This document shows positions 14,741-23,817 of a DNA stretch of 24,673 bases, one piece after another. Below the pieces are notes generated by a model, which worked only from the letters and a program-made list of their open reading frames with translations, was not told the DNA's origin and searched no databases. This stretch comes from a virus (taxonomy: Duplodnaviria > Caudoviricetes). The stretch's first letter is position 1. Each line of letters begins with the position of its first letter. Position numbers and translations under genes: made by a program. The DNA is taken from the IMG/VR virus record IMGVR_UViG_3300020727_000729, positions 1 through 24,673 of that record; one strand, written 5' to 3'.

Positions 14741-14767
14741 GGTAGTGCGGGAAAGTCCCGCACTACC
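14741..14767 (+). other. 12-bp GC-rich intergenic hairpin without U-tract
   Basis: GGTAGTGCGGGA-AAG-TCCCGCACTACC between hsp20 and clpS; could be a stabiliser, processing site or weak terminator. Confidence 0.6.
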
Positions 14768-14791
14768 ATCCACTAACATATAGGACATTAC

Positions 14792-15094
14792 ATGGCTGAC
14801 ACTATCACTGAAATTAAAGAAACTCTCGATAACGTAACTCTTGAACCAGGTAAGTACAAAGTTGTATTTTACAACGACGATTCTACACCTATGCAGTTTG
14901 TTGTTGCGGTACTGATGCAAATTTTCAAACATTCCGAAGAGGTTGCTACAGACCTTACAATGAAAGTTCATAATGATGGTAGTGCAGTAGCCGGAGTTTA
15001 TAACTTCGAAATTGCAGAACAAAAATGTGGCGAAACTACTAGCCTTGCTCGTCACAATGGCTTTCCGTTAATTTCTAAAGTCGAAGCAGAATGA
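14792..15094 (+). CDS. clpS: ATP-dependent Clp protease adaptor ClpS
   Basis: YKVVFYNDDSTPMQFVV..L..IF, VHNDGSAVAGVY..EIAEQK, GFPL. Confidence 0.93.
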   Translation: MADTITEIKETLDNVTLEPGKYKVVFYNDDSTPMQFVVAVLMQIFKHSEEVATDLTMKVHNDGSAVAGVYNFEIAEQKCGETTSLARHNGFPLISKVEAE

Positions 15095-15609
15095 GCCTTC
15101 GCGACTTAACCAAAGATAAGCATACTGAAGCGGAATCGACAGCTTTTATGAAGGCTGTCTTTGATAATAAAATGCCTCTACACTTATGGGCAGACTTCAC
15201 TTACAACAAAATGATTTTTTATGGAGCCATTGAGGCTAAAGCCCGAGCAGAAGGGTTCATGGATGACCTCAATGGCATCGACCGTGCTTATTGGTTATAT
15301 GAAGATTTCAAGGCAATGAGATGTCAAGGATCTATTAAAACATCAGTTGCAGAATACCGTCAATACATTTTAGATCTCGAACTAGGAAAGGTTCTTGCTC
15401 ATTTGTACACTTGGCACATGGGCGACTTGCACGGCGGCCAAATGATCAAGAAAATGATCGATGCTCCTCACCGTAGTTTAGAGTTTGAAGATCGTGTAGA
15501 GCTTATCAATAAGATGCGAGCAAAGTTAGACGCCAGCCTTGGTGAGGAAGCAAATAACGCCTTTGACTGGGCTATCAGAATTATGAAAGAGTATGATGGC
15601 GATATTTGA
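15091..15609 (+). CDS. hemO: Heme oxygenase (biliverdin-producing)
   Basis: LRDLTKDKHTEAE (proximal His), LAHLYTWHMGDLHGGQMI (distal helix), EEANNAF; ATGA-coupled to clpS. Confidence 0.88.
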   Translation: MSLRDLTKDKHTEAESTAFMKAVFDNKMPLHLWADFTYNKMIFYGAIEAKARAEGFMDDLNGIDRAYWLYEDFKAMRCQGSIKTSVAEYRQYILDLELGKVLAHLYTWHMGDLHGGQMIKKMIDAPHRSLEFEDRVELINKMRAKLDASLGEEANNAFDWAIRIMKEYDGDI

Positions 15610-16246
15610 GCAATGCGATTCAGTTAAAAATGCGATATTCAATCGGTTTGATATAACAGGTAAATTAGATCAAGCAGAAATCAGAGATAATGTACGTGAC
15701 TGGGTCTTTACTTCTAACATTTATCGCAGAGCACACATCAGTGTAGTTGATGCTAGAGAAACTCACAAGTTATGGTTGTTGCATGTAACTGTGTTTCCGC
15801 ATCTTGAAAATGGCAGTCCAATTTATGGATTTGATATTGTTGCCGGACCAAACAAAGTTAGTGGTGCGTTTCATGACTTCAGTCCTGTCTATAGAAATGG
15901 ACCGCTGTGCAAATGGTTTCACGAACGAACCGCTGATCTAGAGTGGAACAAACGACGGGAATTGCCGGAATGGGCAAAGCCTATCTTTAGTGAAGACATT
16001 GTTGCTATTGGCGCTGTAGGAATTGAAGAACTAGAAAAGTTCTGTACATTAGGTTTAGAAACACTAGACTATTATCTAGCAGATTTACGTCCTGAAACTA
16101 CTGCTGTAGATTTTGAGTATGAACAAAATTTCTATTGCACACAGCAACGAAAAAATCCACATACGCCGAGAGTTTTACAAACATTGGGATTTACCGAAGA
16201 AGAAGCCCGAAACTTTGTAGAAAATAATTTATTTCCACTAACATAA
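15593..16246 (+). CDS. pcyX: Ferredoxin-dependent bilin reductase, PcyA/PcyX-like
   Basis: YRRAHISVVDARE..KLWLLHVTVFP, PIYGFDIVAG..KVSGAFHDFSP, RELPEWA..IFS, Q..YC.QQRKNPHT; directly after heme oxygenase. PcyX versus PcyA is inferred. Confidence 0.8.
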   Translation: MMAIFEQCDSVKNAIFNRFDITGKLDQAEIRDNVRDWVFTSNIYRRAHISVVDARETHKLWLLHVTVFPHLENGSPIYGFDIVAGPNKVSGAFHDFSPVYRNGPLCKWFHERTADLEWNKRRELPEWAKPIFSEDIVAIGAVGIEELEKFCTLGLETLDYYLADLRPETTAVDFEYEQNFYCTQQRKNPHTPRVLQTLGFTEEEARNFVENNLFPLT

Positions 16247-16271
16247 AAAACGGAGCAATTGCTCCGTTTTT
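16246..16271. terminator. Bidirectional intrinsic terminator between convergent operons
   Basis: Perfect palindrome AAAAACGGAGC-AATT-GCTCCGTTTTT with A/T tracts on both sides. Confidence 0.9.
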
Positions 16272-16273
16272 CA

Positions 16274-17227
16274 TTACCAAACAAAATTATTTTTATAGTA
16301 ATCTACTATATTTGCAAGCTCTACATCAAAGTCTGCTTGCGGCTGCCATCCCAACGCCTTTAGTTTGCTATCATCAATTGCATAACGAACATCCTGACCA
16401 GGACGAGTTAACATATGGGTATATTCGTCGAGATTGTTGGTATCAATTCCGTACTGTTCTAACAGCTTACGGACTACGGTCAAGTTATCTGTTTCATAGT
16501 TGCCTGAGATGTTAAAAATCTCATTTACAACTCCACTGTTAATAATCGTAGTTACCGCATTTGCAGTGTCGTCTGCATGTAACCAAGTTCGACGTGGCTT
16601 ACCGTTATCGTGTAAATCAATCTTGCGGCCAATGCTGAGGTACTTAACTGACTTGGGAATTAGCTTTTCAACATACTGTCCAATTCCGTAATTGTTAGTA
16701 GGACGTACAATTACATAAGGTAAGTTGTATGTTCTAGCCCAGGCCAAGATAAGCATGTCTGCTGCTGCTTTTGTTGCACTGTAAGGGTTGCTTGGTTTTA
16801 GAAGATCTGTTTCTGTATGTGCGCCTTCGACAATATCACCATAGACTTCGTCTGTGCTAAAATGAAGCAACACGGGCATCTTAAATCGATTCTTCTCATT
16901 GATCAACTTTAACAAGTGATGTACACCGTTAATATTGCTCTTTACAAAAACATCACTGCTGGCAATGCTGTTGTCGACGTGTGTTTCTGCTGCGGTGTTA
17001 ATGATATAATCACAATCGTGCAATCTATCTAGATCGTTGATATCCGAATTAATGAATTTGAAATTTGGATTCTTTTCAAATTCCTCAAGGAAATTCTCGT
17101 TACTGGCGTACGTCATTTTGTCTACGCCGATCACATACCAACCTAGGTCTAAGCATTTGCGAGTTACGTGGAGGCCAATAAATCCTAGGCATCCGGTTAC
17201 ATAAACAATTTTCTTCATATTAGTCAT
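16274..17227 (-). CDS. rmlB: dTDP-glucose 4,6-dehydratase-like (RmlB/RffG family)
   Basis: VTGCLGFIG, DKMTYA, AAETHVDNSI, STDEVYG, PYSATKA, NNYG, RPGQDVRYAID; start at 17227 or 17218. Confidence 0.88.
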   Translation of the reverse strand: MTNMKKIVYVTGCLGFIGLHVTRKCLDLGWYVIGVDKMTYASNENFLEEFEKNPNFKFINSDINDLDRLHDCDYIINTAAETHVDNSIASSDVFVKSNINGVHHLLKLINEKNRFKMPVLLHFSTDEVYGDIVEGAHTETDLLKPSNPYSATKAAADMLILAWARTYNLPYVIVRPTNNYGIGQYVEKLIPKSVKYLSIGRKIDLHDNGKPRRTWLHADDTANAVTTIINSGVVNEIFNISGNYETDNLTVVRKLLEQYGIDTNNLDEYTHMLTRPGQDVRYAIDDSKLKALGWQPQADFDVELANIVDYYKNNFVW

Positions 17228-18104
17228 TTCTATAGATAAAATTTTGTAGACGATCTAAATTGTCTACAATATACTTGGGATGAGTTTCTTCTGTGATCTC
17301 TACCATTTCTACACGGTAGTCGTGAAAAAATCTTTCTAGTGCCTCTTCAGTCGTGGTATGATTGAACTTTACCTTCTGACCGTCATAGACATCTTTGGAG
17401 TGAGCCCAACTGCGTTGCTTCTCTAGTACCATTTCACCCTCGGTGCTGTCCAAAAATGTAAAATGCCAACCTGCATCCGGTACATTTGTATGTGTAGCAA
17501 TACTATGTTCACGAATTGTAGCAGGTAGAATTTTTTTGAAATTTCCTACTTCGGTAATTAATCCTGCATAATGTTCTGCCCAGTGCTTGTGAAGAAGATT
17601 AAATTTGTAGGCATACAAATAATAATGAAATCCAAAAGCCGGACGAAGCCCGTGAATAAATGTTGCGGTCTTATCTTCAAAAACCGTTAATGCAGTAGCA
17701 AATGCTGCGGGTTTAATTAATTCGTCTAGGCAACTAACATACGCAATGTCGTCGTCCTGCGCGCCTAGGTCTTGTAAAACTTTGAAGATGTAATTGAACT
17801 GAAAATGATCTCTAGTCCAATCTTCCGATACCATTCTTGGTCCTTTATCTGCAAGAGCTGTTTGATCTAGCAGTTCGGGATATTTGGCCATTTCTTCCTC
17901 AAAGCTGTCAAATGATCTATATTCAATTTTAGAAGCATAAGGCTTGAAACGTTCGTGATCGAACTTTAGTGTTTTCTTTAAACCTGTATGTGTTTCACCG
18001 GCTTCGATGACAATAAACTTGTCTACGAAATCCCAATGAGTATTCAAACGAATTTCAAATAAATCGTTTTCATTTAAAAACATACAGCAATCATATACTG
18101 TCAT
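17220..18104 (-). CDS. Glycosyltransferase family 17-like protein
   Basis: VYDCCMFLNE.DL.EIRL......VDKFIVIEA..THTG..K, S.LDE, AGWHFTF. Confidence 0.75.
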   Translation of the reverse strand: MTVYDCCMFLNENDLFEIRLNTHWDFVDKFIVIEAGETHTGLKKTLKFDHERFKPYASKIEYRSFDSFEEEMAKYPELLDQTALADKGPRMVSEDWTRDHFQFNYIFKVLQDLGAQDDDIAYVSCLDELIKPAAFATALTVFEDKTATFIHGLRPAFGFHYYLYAYKFNLLHKHWAEHYAGLITEVGNFKKILPATIREHSIATHTNVPDAGWHFTFLDSTEGEMVLEKQRSWAHSKDVYDGQKVKFNHTTTEEALERFFHDYRVEMVEITEETHPKYIVDNLDRLQNFIYRND

Positions 18105-18880
18105 TGATAGTCCCTAATTGATTTGTCTAAGCCGTCAAGATCTAAATTAAAACCAGACAGCAAAGTACCGTCGCCGGTATAATTGCGTTCATTAATCGAA
18201 GTAATCGTCACAGGCTTAAACTTTCCAAGTATTTCACTAAGATACAGTTTATCCCTGTAGACACAATTAACATCTCGATAAAGTACATGGTTATTTAAGT
18301 AGTATTCAATTACGGTACACAAATCACGAGCACTAAAATAGTCAAATTGTCTGTCTGCTATTTCCGTAATCTCACCGTTTAAGAATTTCTTAAACAATCT
18401 AAAATCTGGATCAGTTTTATCAAAACAACCAAATAGTCGAAGTGTGTAGAATTTTAGATGAGTCAATGACATACGTGCAATTACATTTTTACTGTAACCG
18501 TAACTGTCTTTGGGAAACGCAGTTAATAATGCAGTCTCGCTGGCCCGATCGATATTTGTAGCAATGTCAAATTCAGAGCCCGAACCTATGTTTATAAACT
18601 TTACAAAGTATTCACTATTATTAAAGAAATTCAAAAAGACATTTATGTTATTTTGAACATCATCTAATACTGCATCACCCATGCGTTGTTTGCCACCAGC
18701 TGTGGCACAATTTATCACAGCGTAGGGTTCATTATCTTTTAACCATTGAGTAACAGTTGCGTAGTCGGATAGATCCATTACTGATCGAGTAACCGGCAAT
18801 ACTGTATATCCACCGGTTACTAGATGTTGTGTAATATAGCGACCTAAGAACCCGTTTGCACCTAGGACTGCTATTTTCAT
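18101..18880 (-). CDS. NAD-dependent epimerase/dehydratase or reductase (extended SDR)
   Basis: VLGANGFLG Rossmann motif, IGSGSEF, YGYSK catalytic motif, LRLFGCF. Confidence 0.85.
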   Translation of the reverse strand: MKIAVLGANGFLGRYITQHLVTGGYTVLPVTRSVMDLSDYATVTQWLKDNEPYAVINCATAGGKQRMGDAVLDDVQNNINVFLNFFNNSEYFVKFINIGSGSEFDIATNIDRASETALLTAFPKDSYGYSKNVIARMSLTHLKFYTLRLFGCFDKTDPDFRLFKKFLNGEITEIADRQFDYFSARDLCTVIEYYLNNHVLYRDVNCVYRDKLYLSEILGKFKPVTITSINERNYTGDGTLLSGFNLDLDGLDKSIRDYQ

Positions 18881-19620
18881 TTAATGTCTACGATCATTTC
18901 GCTAGCAAGTACTTCATCACTTAGAAACGGAGTCATGTCATGTAGTCCGCACTGCTTACCATCTTTCAATGCCTGTGCAGGAAGTATTTCTTGGTCAGGA
19001 GTACAAATGACTTCTATTACTGCCGGACTTTGAATTGACAGTATTGCGGGCAATTGTTTATGTAGATCATTAATGTTAGAAATACGAACATGAGGTAAGC
19101 CGAATGATTCAACAAGCAACTTAAAGTCTGGAAATGTAAGACCAGTTTCTGATCCTGTTCCAAACACACGCCCTTCAAAATATTTCGACTGAGTGTTCTT
19201 GATGCTTAGATAACCATCATTGTTTAGAATCACCAACTTGATGTTAAGATTGTGTTGTTTAATCACTGCTAGTTCTTGCATATTACACATAAAACTACCG
19301 TCGCCTGTGATTGCAATAACCTGCTTGGCGCCTGCAAGAGCAACACCGATACTAGCGGGCAACGACCAACCCATGTCTGCCTGTGCAGGACTAAACACAA
19401 ATCTCTGTCCTTCTTTGGCATTGAGTGCAACCGGTCCTGCGTAGCTAATGCTACCTGCATCACCCATTAGAACATCTGTTGATTCGCTATATTGATTAAT
19501 GGCATCTAACACAGAATAGATATTAATAGAACTTGTTTCGTCTGTTAATGGCTGTTCGTTCTTAACTGGCCAAAGTTCTTTCCAGTGATTACATTTATCA
19601 ATCCATTCTTGTCTAGTCAT
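18877..19620 (-). CDS. TPP-dependent enzyme, C-terminal TPP-binding domain (AHAS/YerE-like)
   Basis: MGWSLPASIG, TGDGSF...LNNDGY TPP motif, PDFK. Confidence 0.88.
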   Translation of the reverse strand: MTRQEWIDKCNHWKELWPVKNEQPLTDETSSINIYSVLDAINQYSESTDVLMGDAGSISYAGPVALNAKEGQRFVFSPAQADMGWSLPASIGVALAGAKQVIAITGDGSFMCNMQELAVIKQHNLNIKLVILNNDGYLSIKNTQSKYFEGRVFGTGSETGLTFPDFKLLVESFGLPHVRISNINDLHKQLPAILSIQSPAVIEVICTPDQEILPAQALKDGKQCGLHDMTPFLSDEVLASEMIVDIK

Positions 19621-20624
19621 CGTAGCATACCTCTAAAAAATTCATCTAAGCTAATATTGTATTCGAGGTCGATATCAACGATTCGCTTTCTGAGCTCATT
19701 TTCGTCTAAATCAACTAAAATCTTAAAACTTTTGGGACTAAATTGATCCGGATCGTAACCGATTACGCTGGCATTTAAACTACTGCCCAGTATTAGCAGT
19801 AAATCTGCATTTTGCAGTGCAAAATTACCTGCTCTGGATCCTTTAATTCCCACAGCGCCGATACTCAAAGGATGGCTGTCTGCGGTATAGTCTCTTGCAC
19901 CATATGTACTAACATACGGAATTTGATACTTTTCAACAAACTTGACAAAACTATCAACAGTTCCGCTTTGACGGATTCCGTAGCCCGCTAGCACAACTGG
20001 CCGAGTTGATTTCTCAATGTTTTCTTTAATTCTTGAAAGTTGAAAAGCACGATAAGTCTCGACCTTTTCATAATGTCGAAATTCTTTGGGCATCGGCGCT
20101 GTCTGAATATCGCCCGGAATATCAATCCATACAGGGCCAGGACGGCCACTTGTTGCAACATGCACTGCTTCTTCTATGGTAGCAGCAACATCGCGAGGAT
20201 CAGTGATAAACTTGGCCATTTTTGTCATAGAACTATACGTACTAACAACATCATGTTCTTGAATACCATACTTGCGAATGTTAATACCCCTGGTTTCGTT
20301 GATCCAAGAGCTACAGGTGTTAAGTCTAACATTTCCGCTTAAGAAAAGTACAGGAACTCCGTCTTGCCAAGCATTCAAAACGCTGGTAGCACAGTTGGTT
20401 CCTGCACAACCTGTTGTAGGATTTACTACCGCAAGTTTTCCAGTGTATTTGCTTTCAGCAGTAGCAGCATGACCTGCACCTTGTTCATGATGATAGCAGA
20501 TGTAAGGCATGCCTTGCTTAATGAATCCGTCATTAAGCCCGCTTGCTCCTCCGCCCATAAGACCATGAACACGTTCCACTCCAATTGATTTTAGATAATT
20601 GGCGATCCAATCACATACTCTCAT
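19617..20624 (-). CDS. TPP-dependent enzyme, N-terminal and central domains (AHAS/YerE-like)
   Basis: HHEQGAGHAA (catalytic Glu), SGRPGPVWIDIP.D, RPVVLAGYG, ALQNADLLLILGS. Confidence 0.88.
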   Translation of the reverse strand: MRVCDWIANYLKSIGVERVHGLMGGGASGLNDGFIKQGMPYICYHHEQGAGHAATAESKYTGKLAVVNPTTGCAGTNCATSVLNAWQDGVPVLFLSGNVRLNTCSSWINETRGINIRKYGIQEHDVVSTYSSMTKMAKFITDPRDVAATIEEAVHVATSGRPGPVWIDIPGDIQTAPMPKEFRHYEKVETYRAFQLSRIKENIEKSTRPVVLAGYGIRQSGTVDSFVKFVEKYQIPYVSTYGARDYTADSHPLSIGAVGIKGSRAGNFALQNADLLLILGSSLNASVIGYDPDQFSPKSFKILVDLDENELRKRIVDIDLEYNISLDEFFRGMLR

Positions 20625-21786
20625 TTGTACCTAACGCTTTCTGCATTCTGTCTAACGCTGTTTGAATATTTTCGCGGCTATTTGCATAGACCATACGTAG
20701 ATATCCTTCGCCGTGCTCACCGAAACAATGCCCTGGCAAAGTAACAACGCCTGCATCTAGAAGAATTTCTACAATCTGGTCACTGGTCTTGCCAGTTCCT
20801 TTAATATTAGGAAACACGTAGAATGCGCCACCAGGTTTTACACAAGTAACACCTTTGATTCGATTCAGTCCGTCGACAAGTAAATCTCGACGCTGCTGAT
20901 ATTCTGCCATCATATTGTTTACAGCTTCCTGACTTCCTGTAATTGCTTCGATGCCTGCACGTTGCAGGAACGGGCTTACACAACTAGAAGTTGTTTGCAG
21001 AAGTGCAGCCATTCGTTCAATAACTGCGGCTGGAGCAATTACAGTTCCTAAACGCCAACCAGTCATTGCAAATGCTTTACTAAATCCGTTACTGAGAATT
21101 ACGTGCTCCTTACAATGATCGTAGATGCTAGGACTACTAAATCCAACTGGATCATAATTCATTCTAGCATAGATTTCATCACTGTAGATGTAGATGTCGT
21201 GCTTTTTAGCAATCTCATAGATACGTTTAATTTCATCTGTGGTAAGAACACTCCCAGTAGGATTCTGCGGACTGTTGATAATAATCAATCGAGTCTTTGA
21301 AGTGATCGCTGCTTCGATATCGTCCGGATTCATACGGAATTGATTTTCTTCTTTCAAAGGAACTCTTACTGGCACAGCACCACACATTTTGATGTTGCTG
21401 TAATACGTAGGAAATCCTGGATCAGGAACAATTACTTCGCAGCCCGGATCAACCAAACAGAAAATTGCGTAATAGATAGCAATGTTTGCCCCGGGTGTTA
21501 CTAAGACTTGATTTAGGTCTGGCTTAAATCCGCGACTACGTTCAGTTGCGTTGCGTATTGCTTCCCTAAAATCAAGCATACCGAAGCTGCTTTCGTAGTG
21601 TGTATCACCTGCGGCCAATGCCTTGATTGCAGCAAATGTAACATTCTTAGGAGTATCAAAGTCGGGTTCGCCAAGTTCCATATGGATTAAATGACGACCC
21701 TGTGCTTCAAGTGCTCGGGCCTTGTCCAAATACTTAAACATCGGTTGCCCGTCGATTTTTGACGATACCTTACTTAGACTTTTCAT
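20611..21786 (-). CDS. PLP-dependent aminotransferase class I/II
   Basis: GEPDFDTP, NSPQNPTG, SDEIY, GFSKAFAMTGWRLG, PGGAFYVFP. Confidence 0.92.
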   Translation of the reverse strand: MKSLSKVSSKIDGQPMFKYLDKARALEAQGRHLIHMELGEPDFDTPKNVTFAAIKALAAGDTHYESSFGMLDFREAIRNATERSRGFKPDLNQVLVTPGANIAIYYAIFCLVDPGCEVIVPDPGFPTYYSNIKMCGAVPVRVPLKEENQFRMNPDDIEAAITSKTRLIIINSPQNPTGSVLTTDEIKRIYEIAKKHDIYIYSDEIYARMNYDPVGFSSPSIYDHCKEHVILSNGFSKAFAMTGWRLGTVIAPAAVIERMAALLQTTSSCVSPFLQRAGIEAITGSQEAVNNMMAEYQQRRDLLVDGLNRIKGVTCVKPGGAFYVFPNIKGTGKTSDQIVEILLDAGVVTLPGHCFGEHGEGYLRMVYANSRENIQTALDRMQKALGTNESM

Positions 21787-23104
21787 TTAGAGTTCCTATA
21801 AAATTATCAACCTGTTCGCCAATGTAAGCAATCTGCTCAGGAGTGATAACAGGACTAGTTCCATGAAAGAATGTATTAGTCATTGTCAATGTTGCATTAG
21901 GAAAATTGTCCCTTGCATCCTTAGGATCCATTAAATGGCTGTAAGCAGGTTGAAGCATGATATTGCCCGCAAAATACGGACGAGTTTGGATTAAATTATC
22001 TTCTAGATAATTCACGATATCTGTGCGTGTAAAAGGAGCATCCTCTCGGATGGTTAACGGAAATGCGAACCAACTTGGATCACTCTTATCTCTTGCTCGC
22101 GGCAAGTAGAAATAATTCTCGTACTTTTCGTAGATGTTGAATAATAGTTGATAATTTCGACGACGCAGTGCATGAATCTCATCTAGCTTTTCTAACTGCT
22201 TAAGACCCATCGCACTTTGAATTTCAATTGGTTTCAAATTGTAGCCGATTTCATCATACACATATTTGTGATCAAAAATCTCATCGGGCATTGTAGGAAT
22301 CCAATTTGAGAAACGAACTTTACAAGTTCCGCACTTCAGCTTATTAGCTTCCGGACCGACGCAATAACATCCGCGACCCCATTCGCGGAAACTGCGAACA
22401 ATTACTTCTTGCTCATCTGAGTTACAAGAAACAAATCCGCCTTCTCCCATTGTCATATGGTGCGCTGGATAAAAACTGCAACTTGCCATTTCGCCGAAGC
22501 TGCCTAATGGCTTGCCGTCATATGTGCTGCCCAAGGCATCGCAGCAATCTTCCAACAATACAAGATTATATTTGTTGACTAATTCCATTAGACGATCCAT
22601 ATCAGGACAATTGCCTAATACATGAGCAAACGTAATAATCTTAATGTCTGGGTCTGCTTCCAGTACCTTCTCAACATGATCTAGATCCAAGTTAAGGGTT
22701 TCTAGTTCGATGTCAACAAACACTGGCTCAAAACCAACCTGCAATGTTGGATTCAACGTGGTTGGAAATCCTGCAATTGGCATCAATACCTTAGTGCCTT
22801 TAGGAAAATTATATCCTCTTTTGCTGGTCATTGCTGCCATCATAAGCAAGTTAGCTGAACTGCCCGAGTTTGTTAAAACTCCGTGCTTCTTTCCAAAGTA
22901 TCTAGGAAACTTACGTTCAAATTGTAGACTCTTATTGCCCATTACTAGCCAACCGTTGAGCAATGTTTCTGCTGCGGCTACATATTCGTCTGAGCTAAAA
23001 TAAGGACCGGCGTAATTTACAAAATCCTTGCCTGCTACCCAATTTTTATTTTCTTGTTGTTCTTCGATATAATTTTTAATATCTTCTAAAATCTTTTTCA
23101 TCAC
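21770..23104 (-). CDS. rfbH: CDP-4-keto-6-deoxyglucose 3-dehydrase (E1, RfbH/DdhC family)
   Basis: NSGSSANL, EDCCDALG, SFYPAHHMTMGEGG (His in place of the PLP Lys), WGRGCYC...C Fe-S region, DHKYVYDEIGYNLK. Confidence 0.9.
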   Translation of the reverse strand: MMKKILEDIKNYIEEQQENKNWVAGKDFVNYAGPYFSSDEYVAAAETLLNGWLVMGNKSLQFERKFPRYFGKKHGVLTNSGSSANLLMMAAMTSKRGYNFPKGTKVLMPIAGFPTTLNPTLQVGFEPVFVDIELETLNLDLDHVEKVLEADPDIKIITFAHVLGNCPDMDRLMELVNKYNLVLLEDCCDALGSTYDGKPLGSFGEMASCSFYPAHHMTMGEGGFVSCNSDEQEVIVRSFREWGRGCYCVGPEANKLKCGTCKVRFSNWIPTMPDEIFDHKYVYDEIGYNLKPIEIQSAMGLKQLEKLDEIHALRRRNYQLLFNIYEKYENYFYLPRARDKSDPSWFAFPLTIREDAPFTRTDIVNYLEDNLIQTRPYFAGNIMLQPAYSHLMDPKDARDNFPNATLTMTNTFFHGTSPVITPEQIAYIGEQVDNFIGTLNEKSK

Positions 23105-23808
23105 TTGATTATATACTCTTTATAATAATTTGCCAACTGAATTCTGTAGTCTAACGGGGTTGCAGGCCAGTGGATTAACCAATCTCCTAGTTGCCAGTTA
23201 CCGTCAAAGTCCAATTTATCGCGGGTCACTGTGTACTGGGGATATAGCATGTAATTGAAACTATTCATGTAACGCTGGGGCATTAGCTTAACAATATCTT
23301 TGTATTTGTTAGTAATTTTTAGTTCATCACCATAAGGCCAGCCGGGCAACGAAGTTCCAGGAAATCCTAGTAGATTAGCCATTGCCCATTGTTCTGTATC
23401 CCAATGCTGCATTGCTTGATCTTGAATTGCAAGGACGTCGTCTAAAAACCCGCGTCCTTCGGGAGTGTTGCGAACTAGAAAACTATCTGCGTTAATTCCA
23501 TTAATATCTACGCATACGATAAAATGGTAAGCGTTGTTAATGCGATCTTCAATACGAGTTGAGAAGTTGGTGATCATGGTATCTGTGCCAGTCCACCAAA
23601 TCCATTCGTATTCCGGATGCTCCTCAAGAATCTGCTTGGCAAAATGAATCTTTTCAAATCCAATTGCTTTGATATCTCCAATAAAATTATCTGTCTTTAA
23701 ATGCGCAGCATATCCATGCTGCTGTGCATAAACCAACTTGTTTTGATCCCAAGTTAGATCGCCTAGTGGTTGGTATTTTTCATCATGAAGTGATATTAGT
23801 GCGTACAT
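23101..23808 (-). CDS. Glycosyltransferase, GT34/Mnn10-like (GT-A fold)
   Basis: YAQQHGY, EKI, YEWIWWTGTD, GINADSFLVRN, EQWAM, GDWLIHWPA; the DxD motif is degenerate (GTD). Confidence 0.65.
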   Translation of the reverse strand: MYALISLHDEKYQPLGDLTWDQNKLVYAQQHGYAAHLKTDNFIGDIKAIGFEKIHFAKQILEEHPEYEWIWWTGTDTMITNFSTRIEDRINNAYHFIVCVDINGINADSFLVRNTPEGRGFLDDVLAIQDQAMQHWDTEQWAMANLLGFPGTSLPGWPYGDELKITNKYKDIVKLMPQRYMNSFNYMLYPQYTVTRDKLDFDGNWQLGDWLIHWPATPLDYRIQLANYYKEYIIK

Positions 23809-23817
23809 GCTATGTCC

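Noticed and set aside
14528-15055. 175-aa minus-strand ORF and the other short overlapping ORFs in the track (e.g. 517-744, 3310-3600, 4631-5014, 6752-7105, 20040-20342)
   Set aside because: They overlap confidently identified genes in other frames or strands and show no protein-like motifs.
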